DNA of 42,351 bases from a virus (IMGVR_UViG_3300045988_041457:1-42351), one strand, 5' to 3'. Shown: positions 6,674 through 14,259, numbered from the stretch's first letter. The notes: generated from the sequence alone by a model not told the origin. Made by a program: numbers and translations.

Positions 6674-7372
6674 ATGGGCGGTAGAATTGTAAGGCCGGAA
6701 ACTCCACAAGGTTTGGAGTTTCCGGAAATAGGCAGACTGCATATAGGGATGAAAAGCGACAAAGGCTACCCGATGAGCATAGATTGGTTTCGCGCAACAG
6801 GCAAGTATGCAGACAAGTTCACAGAAGCCTATGGTGATAAGCCGAACACCATCCAGATAGTTTTTCCGTCCGATAATGTCGAGTATGTATGTAACGAAAG
6901 ATTCGAATATCGAGATAATGCAGGCGCGTTGTTGTCAGATGGTGACGGTAAGACTTTCCGCCTTTGGAATGGCAAATCATGGTCGATGTATTCGACAGAG
7001 CAATATCCGGACTTCATGGAGTGGGTTGTCAAGAACTATCCGACAAAGCGAGGTGCGGAAAATTGGAATATTACCTTGACTTTGAGATTTATCATACCGG
7101 CAATTCGCGGCATTATGGGTGTCTGGAGATTCAGCACGAAAGGTTCAGCGTCAAGTGTGAACAATATCCGCAATTCGTTTGATTCAGTGATGCAGATGCG
7201 CGGCTCCGTCACGACTTCGGTATTCGATTTGTCGGTGCATTTCCACAAGTCAAACAAGCCAAACGATAATTCGCGTTATCCTGTTGTCGACTTGATAGCG
7301 AATGATACGCGAATTGAGGATATTCGAAAGATGTTACAGCAAGATTCAAATCTTAAATTGTTACAGAAATGA
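6674..7372 (+). CDS. Hypothetical protein. It is a candidate recombination partner (annealing or ssDNA-binding protein) on position only
   Basis: Track ORF 6668..7372 starts at TTG. ATG 6674 follows the nuclease stop by 2 nt. I recognised no motif. The function guess rests only on the common exonuclease-plus-SSAP gene pairing. Confidence 0.5.
   Translation: MGGRIVRPETPQGLEFPEIGRLHIGMKSDKGYPMSIDWFRATGKYADKFTEAYGDKPNTIQIVFPSDNVEYVCNERFEYRDNAGALLSDGDGKTFRLWNGKSWSMYSTEQYPDFMEWVVKNYPTKRGAENWNITLTLRFIIPAIRGIMGVWRFSTKGSASSVNNIRNSFDSVMQMRGSVTTSVFDLSVHFHKSNKPNDNSRYPVVDLIANDTRIEDIRKMLQQDSNLKLLQK
6695..6725. other. Perfect 12-bp-stem hairpin 21 nt into ORF 6674..7372
   Basis: CCGGAAACTCCA (6695-6706), loop caaggtt, then TGGAGTTTCCGG (6714-6725). 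Confidence 0.85.
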
Positions 7373-7803
7373 TTGATATAGATATTGACAAATCATATAC
7401 AAAAAAGGCAGCGGCAGAATGCATGGGCATTTCTATATACGCTGTCAACAAGGCTATCAGAATAGGAAGATTGCAAAGTACCGAAAATGATGGCAAAATA
7501 GAGATTAAAGGTTCGGATTTGTATAAATACTGCAAATCAAGGTGGGATGTCCTACGAAGAACGCCGTTAGCGGAAAAGAAGTATAACATGTCAACCATTG
7601 ACGGGGTGCTGTCAGAGTGCAACCGGATAGCGAATTTTATTGGTGTTCGAATCGAGTTCCGGCATGACGGGTACAGGGTAATCTTGAACGGAAAGACATA
7701 CGCAAAGAATCTTGATTTAGGGTGCTTGCTTGCGTTCATGCAAGGGTGTGATATGTTTTATCGCGTTCATAAAAATTGTGCAATACCTAAATATTACAGA
7801 TGA
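7369..7803 (+). CDS. HTH DNA-binding protein (excisionase/MerR-like HTH at the N-terminus)
   Basis: KKAAAECMGISIYAVNKAIRIGRLQS is a helix-turn-helix pattern. The gene has ATGA overlaps with both neighbours. Confidence 0.5.
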   Translation: MIDIDIDKSYTKKAAAECMGISIYAVNKAIRIGRLQSTENDGKIEIKGSDLYKYCKSRWDVLRRTPLAEKKYNMSTIDGVLSECNRIANFIGVRIEFRHDGYRVILNGKTYAKNLDLGCLLAFMQGCDMFYRVHKNCAIPKYYR

Positions 7804-8567
7804 TGGAGAACATAGAATTATATAATGACCATTTCCAAAATTTCAAAGTGTATCATTTACCAAAGGCACAATTGGTCATAGCGGATATTCCGTACAATAT
7901 CGGGAAAAATGCGTATGGTAGCAATCCGAAATGGTACAAGGATGGAGACAACAAGAACGGAGAATCCGAGTTGGCCGGTAAAGAATTTTTCGACACGGAC
8001 AAAGATTTTCGAGTGGCAGAATATATGCACTTTTGTTCGCACATGCTGAAAAAAGAGCCAAAAGAAACTGGGAAAGCACCATGTATGATTGTTTTTTGCG
8101 CGTTTGAGCAACAAATGTACGTTATTGAAAAGGCGCGCGAAGCCGGATTTAACAATTATATCAATCTGGTTTTCCGCAAAAATTATTCGGCGCAAGTCCT
8201 CAAAGCGAACATGCGGATAGTTGGTAATTGCGAATATGCAATTCTTCTCTATCGTGACAAGTTGCCGAAGTTCAACAATAACGGGCGAATGATATTCAAC
8301 TGCATGGATTATCCGCGCGATAATGAAAGCCCGAAAATTCATCCGACACAGAAGCCTATTCAGTTGTTAGAGAGGCTTATAGAGATTTTTACAGACCCTG
8401 ACGATGTAGTAATTGACCCGTGTGCCGGAAGCGGATCTACGTTGGTAGCAGCGCAAATTACAGGGCGCAAAGCATACGGATTCGAGATTAAAAAGGATTT
8501 CTACAAAAAGGCTTGCGAGTGGATAAACATGCCAAAAGTGCATAATATGTTTAATCAAAATTTGTAA
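7800..8567 (+). CDS. DNA methyltransferase, beta-class N6-adenine/N4-cytosine family (orphan, no endonuclease partner seen)
   Basis: Motif IV (IADIPYNIG, a DPPY variant) precedes motif I (VIDPCAGSGSTLVAA). HPTQKPIQLLERLI is typical of the N-4/N-6 DNA methylase family. Confidence 0.85.
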   Translation: MMENIELYNDHFQNFKVYHLPKAQLVIADIPYNIGKNAYGSNPKWYKDGDNKNGESELAGKEFFDTDKDFRVAEYMHFCSHMLKKEPKETGKAPCMIVFCAFEQQMYVIEKAREAGFNNYINLVFRKNYSAQVLKANMRIVGNCEYAILLYRDKLPKFNNNGRMIFNCMDYPRDNESPKIHPTQKPIQLLERLIEIFTDPDDVVIDPCAGSGSTLVAAQITGRKAYGFEIKKDFYKKACEWINMPKVHNMFNQNL

Positions 8568-8573
8568 AAAAAT

Positions 8574-8686
8574 TGTAGGTAACAAAAAATTTTGTACATT
8601 TGCAATGTGATAGCGGCAACTATCGGAGAAAATTAAAAGGCCACGAGAGGATTGTTTGAGGTTGCCGACTCAACATCTTCTCGTGG
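8574..8686 (+). promoter_or_regulatory. Promoter and structured leader of the replication-initiator operon
   Basis: TTG at 8574-8576, a 19-nt spacer, and TACATTTG at 8596-8603. The leader hairpin pairs CCACGAGA (8641-8648) with TCTCGTGG (8679-8686), with an inner TTGAG/CTCAA pair. ATG at 8701. Confidence 0.5.
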
Positions 8687-8700
8687 CTATTTTTATAGCC

Positions 8701-9591
8701 ATGAACTATTTATATAACATCAGCATTAACCAGTGTGCGGTAATCGAGAATGGTTGGGATTTAGACCTTGCTGACCTTGCGATTTTTCAAGTCTTTCATA
8801 TTTTCGGAAATGCTCCGAAAACAGTGAGGGTAAAGGTTGACGGCTCGGATTATTTCATGATAACCGCAAAAAAAATCAGAGAAGAATTGCCGATTCTAGG
8901 CATAAATACTGACAAGCAAATAAAGAATCGAATTGCAAAACTAGTCGCTTGCAAACTTTTGGATGAAAGGGTTGTCGAGGAATTGGGTTCTGGACGCAAG
9001 TCCTATTGTTTCGGTGAAAACTATGAGAAATTATTTTCCACTAGCGGAAAAAATTTTGCGCAAGAGCGGAAAAATATTTCCGATGAGGTGGAAAAAAATT
9101 TCCAACAAGGGTGGAAAAAAATTTCCACTGAAGATTATACTAAAAAAGAAGATAATACTAAAGATTATACTAATAATGCCCCCCTTATATCCCCCCGAGG
9201 GGAAAACAACGCCTCTGACATTTCCGGTGATTTGAATAATGATGGCGTTTCTAAAGCGAAAAAGGAACTTTGTCCGTTTGCCTCAACGGAATTCAAAGAG
9301 GCGTGGGAAATGTTGTTGCAACAGCCGAAGTGGAAAAAGAAATCGCTGAATGCTATAAGGTTGTCCGCTAAAAAATTAAAGAAGTTTGAGGAAGAATTTG
9401 CGCGAACCATGGTAGAACTTGCGATTGTGAACGATTGGCATGGTGTTATCTTTCCGGACACAGAAGAACGTTACAAGAAGTGGCTACAAGGCAGGCAAGC
9501 GGCTAAACCGGCCGGAACACCGCAATTCAGAAGCGAAGCGGACAAAAGGGCATATTATGAGGGTTTGCTAAATGGAACGATAAGGCGATGA
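8701..9591 (+). CDS. Replication initiator / replisome-organizer-like protein (lambda O-like architecture)
   Basis: Track ORF 8656..9591 starts at TTG inside a leader hairpin, so I prefer ATG 8701. There is an N-terminal winged-helix-like domain. The low-complexity linker is encoded by four phased iterons plus an AT-rich tract (9044-9173). A C-terminal helical domain follows. Confidence 0.55.
   Translation: MNYLYNISINQCAVIENGWDLDLADLAIFQVFHIFGNAPKTVRVKVDGSDYFMITAKKIREELPILGINTDKQIKNRIAKLVACKLLDERVVEELGSGRKSYCFGENYEKLFSTSGKNFAQERKNISDEVEKNFQQGWKKISTEDYTKKEDNTKDYTNNAPLISPRGENNASDISGDLNNDGVSKAKKELCPFASTEFKEAWEMLLQQPKWKKKSLNAIRLSAKKLKKFEEEFARTMVELAIVNDWHGVIFPDTEERYKKWLQGRQAAKPAGTPQFRSEADKRAYYEGLLNGTIRR
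9044..9173. repeat. Candidate origin of replication: four phased iterons plus an AT-rich direct-repeat tract inside the initiator gene
   Basis: The iterons are gcGGAAAAAATTTTgcg (9044-9060), gcGGAAAAATATTTCCg (9066-9082), gtGGAAAAAAATTTCCa (9088-9104) and gtGGAAAAAAATTTCCac (9111-9128). Their starts are 22, 22 and 23 bp apart. AAGATTATACTAA (9131-9143), AAGATAATACTAA (9149-9161) and AAGATTATACTAA (9161-9173) follow. Confidence 0.55.
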
Positions 9592-10340
9592 AAAAGACAG
9601 AATATTTGCAGATTCCGCAAGTGGCAAAAATGCTTACGGAAAATGAGAAGAAAGTAGTAAGAGCAAATGATGGAAAGCCGCTTTTGAAAGCGGAGGATTT
9701 TGAGATAGTTGAGGTGCTTGACAGAGCAGCATTGATGACCGGAACTGCGTGGTCGAAAACACAAAACGATTTGCGCCGAATTGTGGATTTCATCCGCGAT
9801 ATGTTCGGCAATCTTACGACAGATGATTTTGTCAATGCTTTCATGTTCCTATGTGCTGGCGAAATTGATATGTATTTGCCGGCGAATAGGTCAGGACAAC
9901 CGGACCGGAATTCTTACGGAACGTTTAACGAAGCATACATTGGCAAAGTTTTGCGCGCATATTCAAATTATTGCTATCAAGTATATCGTAAGATTAACTA
10001 TTATATGCCGCGAGCGCGAGTAACAGATATTGATGCTGGCAATGATGAAAGGCGCAATCACGAAAGAAACAGGCAGGAAAGAAACAGGAATGTGCTTAAT
10101 GAGTTTGAAACGTGGAAAAAAAGTGGAAATCTGGGATGTGATAATTTCGAAATTATTGTCATTTGGCAAGCACTTTATTCGCTTGGCTTGATACAAGGAC
10201 AGGAAGCGGGCGTTAATGATGTTGTCAATGCCGTTATGTGCAGCAAGAAAGACGAGAGGAGAATAAATGACATTAAGACAGCGTTTTCAGAAGTTGCAAG
10301 AAAAAAAATCAATTTACAGAATAAATTAAATGAGTTATGA
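9588..10340 (+). CDS. Hypothetical protein in the helicase-loader (lambda P-like) position
   Basis: Track ORF with ATGA overlaps to the initiator and to the RuvC-like gene. It has no Walker motif. The function is inferred from position only. Confidence 0.55.
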   Translation: MKKTEYLQIPQVAKMLTENEKKVVRANDGKPLLKAEDFEIVEVLDRAALMTGTAWSKTQNDLRRIVDFIRDMFGNLTTDDFVNAFMFLCAGEIDMYLPANRSGQPDRNSYGTFNEAYIGKVLRAYSNYCYQVYRKINYYMPRARVTDIDAGNDERRNHERNRQERNRNVLNEFETWKKSGNLGCDNFEIIVIWQALYSLGLIQGQEAGVNDVVNAVMCSKKDERRINDIKTAFSEVARKKINLQNKLNEL

Positions 10341-10897
10341 AAGAGATGCAGATTAACGCTATCATGGGCATAGACCCAGGAGCACAAGGTGGTATCGCGG
10401 TCTATATCGACGGAATGAACGTCAAAAGGCACAAAATGCCGAAAGACAATGAAGAATTGCGCGATTTGTTGAATTACTATCGTACGAACTTCAATTGCTT
10501 GGCGTTTCTGGAAAAATTATGCTTGCGTCCGGATGATGTGTCGGTTGATGGTGGAAAGAAGAACATGGGAAAGGCGTTCAGGATGCAGAAGATGTTAGCG
10601 AACTTCGAGCACCTGAAAGCGGTTCTGGAGATTATCGGAATGCCGTATGTGCTTGTGCATCCGATGTCATGGCAGTCAAGATTAGGTTTGCGAATCAAGG
10701 GAGAGGAAAAGAAAGAGAGGAAAGCGAGATACAAGGAAGAAGCGGAAAAGTTGTATGGTGGAAATGTTACGCTTTGGAATGCCGATGCGCTTTTGATAAT
10801 GCACTTTGGGCGACACATCCTCAAAAATGATGTAAAATGGTTGCTGAAGAACTTGCCGGAAAGGGAGCATGGGAAACTATTTGCCGATAATGGCTAA
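10337..10897 (+). CDS. RuvC-like Holliday-junction resolvase
   Basis: AIMGIDPGAQGGIAVY supplies the N-terminal catalytic Asp motif, AFLEK the Glu, and NADALLIMHFGRH the C-terminal Asp. Confidence 0.6.
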   Translation: MKEMQINAIMGIDPGAQGGIAVYIDGMNVKRHKMPKDNEELRDLLNYYRTNFNCLAFLEKLCLRPDDVSVDGGKKNMGKAFRMQKMLANFEHLKAVLEIIGMPYVLVHPMSWQSRLGLRIKGEEKKERKARYKEEAEKLYGGNVTLWNADALLIMHFGRHILKNDVKWLLKNLPEREHGKLFADNG

Positions 10898-10900
10898 AAA

Positions 10901-10965
10901 TAGGCGATTATAGCGACTTTTGAAGAAAAGATATATAATTTATCAATCGCGCGAAAAAACGCGCG
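10901..10965 (+). promoter_or_regulatory. Class-2 composite motif, copy B (upstream of dut)
   Basis: TAGGCGA at 10901-10907, TAGCGAC at 10911-10917 and core AAGATATATAATTTATC at 10928-10944. The hairpin CGCGCG-aaaaaa-CGCGCG spans 10948-10965. TAAAACGCAAATT and AAAATAACATG follow. The ATG lies 91 nt after box 1. Confidence 0.6.
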
Positions 10966-10991
10966 TAAAACGCAAATTTGGAGAAAATAAC

Positions 10992-11411
10992 ATGGAAGTA
11001 AAAGTTAAGAAAGTAATGGATTGTGCGGTTATGCCGGCCAAGGCGCACGCGGCAGATGCAGGATTCGATTTGAGGGCTTGCAAGGTTGAACGTGTCGGAT
11101 TCGATGAAATAGTATGTCATACAGGATTAGCCTTTGAAATTCCAGATGGACATGTCGGTTTGTTATTTCCTAGGAGTTCAATCGCACGGACTGCAATGAT
11201 GCTGAAAAATTCGGTCGGAGTTCTGGATTCTTGCTATCGTGGTGAAGTCACTTTCAAATTCCGTCAATTGGATAATGGAGACACGTATAATGTAGGCGAT
11301 AAAATAGGGCAAATTATTATAATGCCTTATCCGGAAATCATATTTGTCGAAAGTGATAATTTGAGCGATACGGAGCGCGGTGCTGGTGGCTATGGTTCGA
11401 CAGGCAGATAA
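10992..11411 (+). CDS. dut: dUTP diphosphatase (dUTPase)
   Basis: All five trimeric dUTPase motifs are present: AGFDL, PRSS, GVLDSCYRGE, GDKIGQIII and RGAGGYGSTG. Track ORF 10920 starts at TTG inside the upstream regulatory motif, so I prefer ATG 10992. Confidence 0.92.
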   Translation: MEVKVKKVMDCAVMPAKAHAADAGFDLRACKVERVGFDEIVCHTGLAFEIPDGHVGLLFPRSSIARTAMMLKNSVGVLDSCYRGEVTFKFRQLDNGDTYNVGDKIGQIIIMPYPEIIFVESDNLSDTERGAGGYGSTGR

Positions 11412-11439
11412 AAATTTTCGAAAATATTTTGCAAAAATG

Positions 11440-11512
11440 TTTGCAAATTAAAAAATAATGCTTAACTTTGTATCGGATTCAAGAAAGAATCACTGACAAG
11501 GCAGTTTCCTTG
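11440..11512 (+). promoter_or_regulatory. Class-1 promoter plus twin-hairpin leader, copy 4
   Basis: TTTG at 11440-11443, a 19-nt spacer, and TAACTTTG at 11463-11470. The hairpins are GATTC-aagaaa-GAATC (11476-11491) and CAAGG-cagttt-CCTTG (11497-11512). ATG at 11535. Confidence 0.75.
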
Positions 11513-11534
11513 AAACATTAAATTTTTAGAAATT

Positions 11535-11786
11535 ATGGATAATGTAAAAGTTATGAAAGTCGCTCGTTTGGCAAAGAACTTTTTGAGAATTGCAGATGAA
11601 TTGAATGAGAAAGTTTCAAGATATTTCAATGGTTCAAATGCTTCAGAAGATGTTAGAGCCTATGAGATGGTAAGGGAAGCAGATAAAAAGTTCGTGGATG
11701 GCCTGAATGATTTAGAGGATGAGCGTTATGAGTATGGCTTGAATTATGAACTTGCAGAATCTTTTTTGGATGGTTTTAATTTCTAA
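11535..11786 (+). CDS. Hypothetical acidic protein (83 aa)
   Basis: Track ORF preceded by promoter/leader copy 4. Confidence 0.65.
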   Translation: MDNVKVMKVARLAKNFLRIADELNEKVSRYFNGSNASEDVRAYEMVREADKKFVDGLNDLEDERYEYGLNYELAESFLDGFNF

Positions 11787-11797
11787 AATTTTGAGTT

Positions 11798-12058
11798 ATG
11801 AAAAGGTTTGAAGTTGGTAAAACTTATAGGATGGTAAGCCCTTGCGATACAAATTGCGCATGGTATTACACGGTAACAAAGAGGACTGCAAAAACAGTCA
11901 CTTTGTTGGATTTTGACAAAGAAGAAACGATTGTCCCGAGGTTGGCAGAAATGAAAGCGATTGACAGAGTAACGAGCATTGAAAGTGGCGAGGAATATTG
12001 CAAGCCGTTGGGCGATTTCTCGATGTGTCCTATTTTACGCGCTTCTAAAGATGTATAA
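11798..12058 (+). CDS. Hypothetical protein (86 aa)
   Basis: Track ORF with close spacing to its neighbours. Confidence 0.6.
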   Translation: MKRFEVGKTYRMVSPCDTNCAWYYTVTKRTAKTVTLLDFDKEETIVPRLAEMKAIDRVTSIESGEEYCKPLGDFSMCPILRASKDV

Positions 12059-12060
12059 TC

Positions 12061-12324
12061 ATGAGCGAGTTTGATGAATTGGTAAAGTTGGGAAAGTCGA
12101 AAGGCTGGGTGCTTTCCGAGATGTACCGAAATAAGGGTTATAAATTTGCGGCTTTCCGGATGGAAAACAAGAAAATGTTTTTCATGGTTCAAGATGGTAT
12201 GTTTAACGTGGGTTTTTATGGCTTTATTCCGGATAATCCTTTGGAGATTATGTTTAGGGATTGCGGAGATTCTTTAATATCGGTGGCTAGTTTGACCTTT
12301 GAGCAGATACAAAGTTTGATATAA
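12061..12324 (+). CDS. Hypothetical protein (87 aa)
   Basis: Track ORF starting 2 nt after the previous stop. Confidence 0.6.
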   Translation: MSEFDELVKLGKSKGWVLSEMYRNKGYKFAAFRMENKKMFFMVQDGMFNVGFYGFIPDNPLEIMFRDCGDSLISVASLTFEQIQSLI

Positions 12325-12330
12325 TATGAT

Positions 12331-12401
12331 TGCCTTATGGTGTAATGGTAGCACAAATGATTTTGGTTCATTTAGTTCCGGTTCGAATCCGGATAGGGTA
12401 A
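12331..12401 (+). tRNA. tRNA-Gln (anticodon UUG), no encoded CCA
   Basis: I folded the cloverleaf by hand. The acceptor pairs 12331-12337 with 12394-12400 (two G-U pairs, U1-A72). The D stem is gtgt/gcac with an aatggta loop. The anticodon stem is aatga/tcatt with loop tt-TTG-gt (U33, G37). The T arm is tccgg-ttcgaat-ccgga. Confidence 0.85.
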
Positions 12402-12429
12402 CAAAGAACAACCAAAAAACTGAAGTTGT

Positions 12430-13845
12430 ATGTATGTAAAAAAACTTGAATTGTTGAACTTCCAAGTAATCAAGGAATTCAACGCTAATTTTGACGGAAA
12501 CGTCTATTTGATTACGGGTGACAATGAGCTGGGTAAATCTACCTTGCTAAAGGCTATCGGTGCGCTTTTGACCGGAAACCGCGACAACGTTCTTCGAAAG
12601 GGAGAAAGTAAGGGATTTGCAAAGATGGTAGTAGGTGACGGAGGTGAGGAATACGAAGTTTCTCTAAACTTCACAGAGGCAAATCCGCGCGGAACGTTGA
12701 CCATTAAATCGAAGTCCGGCATGAAGTCGAATAACGTGTCAATGCTTCAGAGCATTTTCGGCTATCAAGATTTCGATGCAGTGGAGTTCTCCAGATGGAG
12801 TGAAACGGCAGAGGGAAGAAGAAAGCAGATTGAGGTGGTTAAAAAGTTGTTGCCGGATGCGGTAGTCAAGCGCATTGACGAAATCGACAATGAAATGGCG
12901 CAACTGAAAGATGAAAGACTATTCCTCAATCGTGATGTGAAGTCTTTGAAATCGGTGGTCGATGATGCGCGTAAAGGTCTCACGGATGCGGACATTCAGA
13001 AGTATTCTAAAAAAATCGACGTGTCGGACTTGATGCAGGAGCAGTCAAAGAGGCTTGCGCTGATTGAAAAGTCGAAATCTGTGAAGTCGATGATGGAGCA
13101 GAGGACGAGGGAACTTGCCGAATTGCCGGTACAGATGGAGGAAGAAAAACAGCATTATGACGAAGATTTGCTGAAAATCGCTGCAAAATTAGCAGAAGCG
13201 CAAAGGGTGTTCGAGATGGCGCAAAAGGAAGCGGAAATCGAAAAGAATAACAGAGTTGCGAAATATATGGCTTTTTTGGCTGACATGGAAAGCAAGAAAA
13301 CCGATTTGTCGCAAAGAAAGGAAAATGCGGAGAAATGGCTTGCAGACTTCGAAAAGCGCAACATTACCGCAGACGATTTGACGCAGAGGCTTGCACAAGC
13401 GGAGGAACACAACCGCAAGAGTGGTGAAGTGGCTACATATCTGGAGAAGTATGAATCATTGAAAGCGGCTGATGCAAAGGTGGAGGATGTCGAGACGCGC
13501 ATAGGGTCGCTTTCTGGCGAAAGGGCAGAACTGATAGCAAATTCACACCTGCCTATCGAGGGGCTTACGTTCTCGGATTCAGGCTTGGAATTGAACGGCA
13601 TTCCTTTCATGGCCGGAAATGTGTCAGATAGCCAGATAATGGAGGTTGCAACGAAATTGATAATCGCAAGTAATCCGAAAGTCAAGGTGTTCAGAATCGC
13701 AAGGGGTGAAAGTCTGGGAGAAAAGAGATTGGAAGCAATCGTTGACGTGGCGAAGAAAAATGGATTTCAAGGATTCATTGAGCAGGTTCAGAGAGGCCAG
13801 AATGACATGATTATCGAGGAATACACGGAGGCAAACAATGAATGA
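12430..13845 (+). CDS. SMC/Rad50/SbcC-like ATPase with a central coiled coil
   Basis: The N-terminal Walker A is LITGDNELGKSTLLKAIG. A long Glu/Lys/Ala-rich helical middle follows. The C-terminal ABC-like half (SDSQIMEVATKLIIA ... VFRIARGESLGEKRLEAI) resembles a signature plus Walker B region. Confidence 0.7.
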   Translation: MYVKKLELLNFQVIKEFNANFDGNVYLITGDNELGKSTLLKAIGALLTGNRDNVLRKGESKGFAKMVVGDGGEEYEVSLNFTEANPRGTLTIKSKSGMKSNNVSMLQSIFGYQDFDAVEFSRWSETAEGRRKQIEVVKKLLPDAVVKRIDEIDNEMAQLKDERLFLNRDVKSLKSVVDDARKGLTDADIQKYSKKIDVSDLMQEQSKRLALIEKSKSVKSMMEQRTRELAELPVQMEEEKQHYDEDLLKIAAKLAEAQRVFEMAQKEAEIEKNNRVAKYMAFLADMESKKTDLSQRKENAEKWLADFEKRNITADDLTQRLAQAEEHNRKSGEVATYLEKYESLKAADAKVEDVETRIGSLSGERAELIANSHLPIEGLTFSDSGLELNGIPFMAGNVSDSQIMEVATKLIIASNPKVKVFRIARGESLGEKRLEAIVDVAKKNGFQGFIEQVQRGQNDMIIEEYTEANNE

Positions 13846-14257
13846 CTATCAAGCGATAGGAATAGTTGACGACAGCGGCCATTTGCGTATGCCGATGGCC
13901 GATGTCAATGATTTTTTCCGCAAGCACAAGGGCGATAGAATCGTGGCGCGATTCATGGCTTATCCTAGGGGCTGTTCGGATGCCCTCAAAGGTTATTATT
14001 ATAACTATGTCGTACCGACAATGCGCCGCGCGTTGAATGACATGGGAGAAGCAAAGACGGATGCGGAAACTGACGTATATTTGCGCGAGGTGTGTCCGTT
14101 GCTACAATGTCAGCGGAAGATTGAGGATGGCTGGGATAGCAGGACGCTTGAAATAGAGGAATTGGGCGATAGGTTAATGATTGATTTCTTGGAGTGGTTA
14201 AAGATGTGGGGCGCGGAAAACATGTCAGTATATATTGAAGAACCAAAAATTTTATAA
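13838..14257 (+). CDS. Hypothetical protein (139 aa), translationally coupled to the ATPase
   Basis: Track ORF with an 8-nt overlap onto the ATPase gene. Confidence 0.6.
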   Translation: MNDYQAIGIVDDSGHLRMPMADVNDFFRKHKGDRIVARFMAYPRGCSDALKGYYYNYVVPTMRRALNDMGEAKTDAETDVYLREVCPLLQCQRKIEDGWDSRTLEIEELGDRLMIDFLEWLKMWGAENMSVYIEEPKIL

Positions 14258-14259
14258 TT

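Noticed and set aside
8963-9235. An alternative-frame + strand ORF (90 aa) inside the initiator gene.
   Set aside because: It is generated by the low-complexity iteron and AT-rich repeats (product KKISNKGGKKFPLKIILKKKIILKIILI). It is most likely an artefact of repeat DNA.
11555-11564. GAAAGTCGCT inside ORF 11535..11786, identical to the inverted box at 14499-14508.
   Set aside because: It is a single 10-mer within coding sequence with no partner box or core nearby. It could be chance, so I do not claim it as a regulatory site.
12331-12401. The tRNA as an attP/integration remnant, or lysogeny more generally.
   Set aside because: The tRNA is full length. I found no tyrosine or serine recombinase, transposase or CI-like repressor module in any frame. 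The XRE-type HTH gene alone is not evidence of lysogeny.
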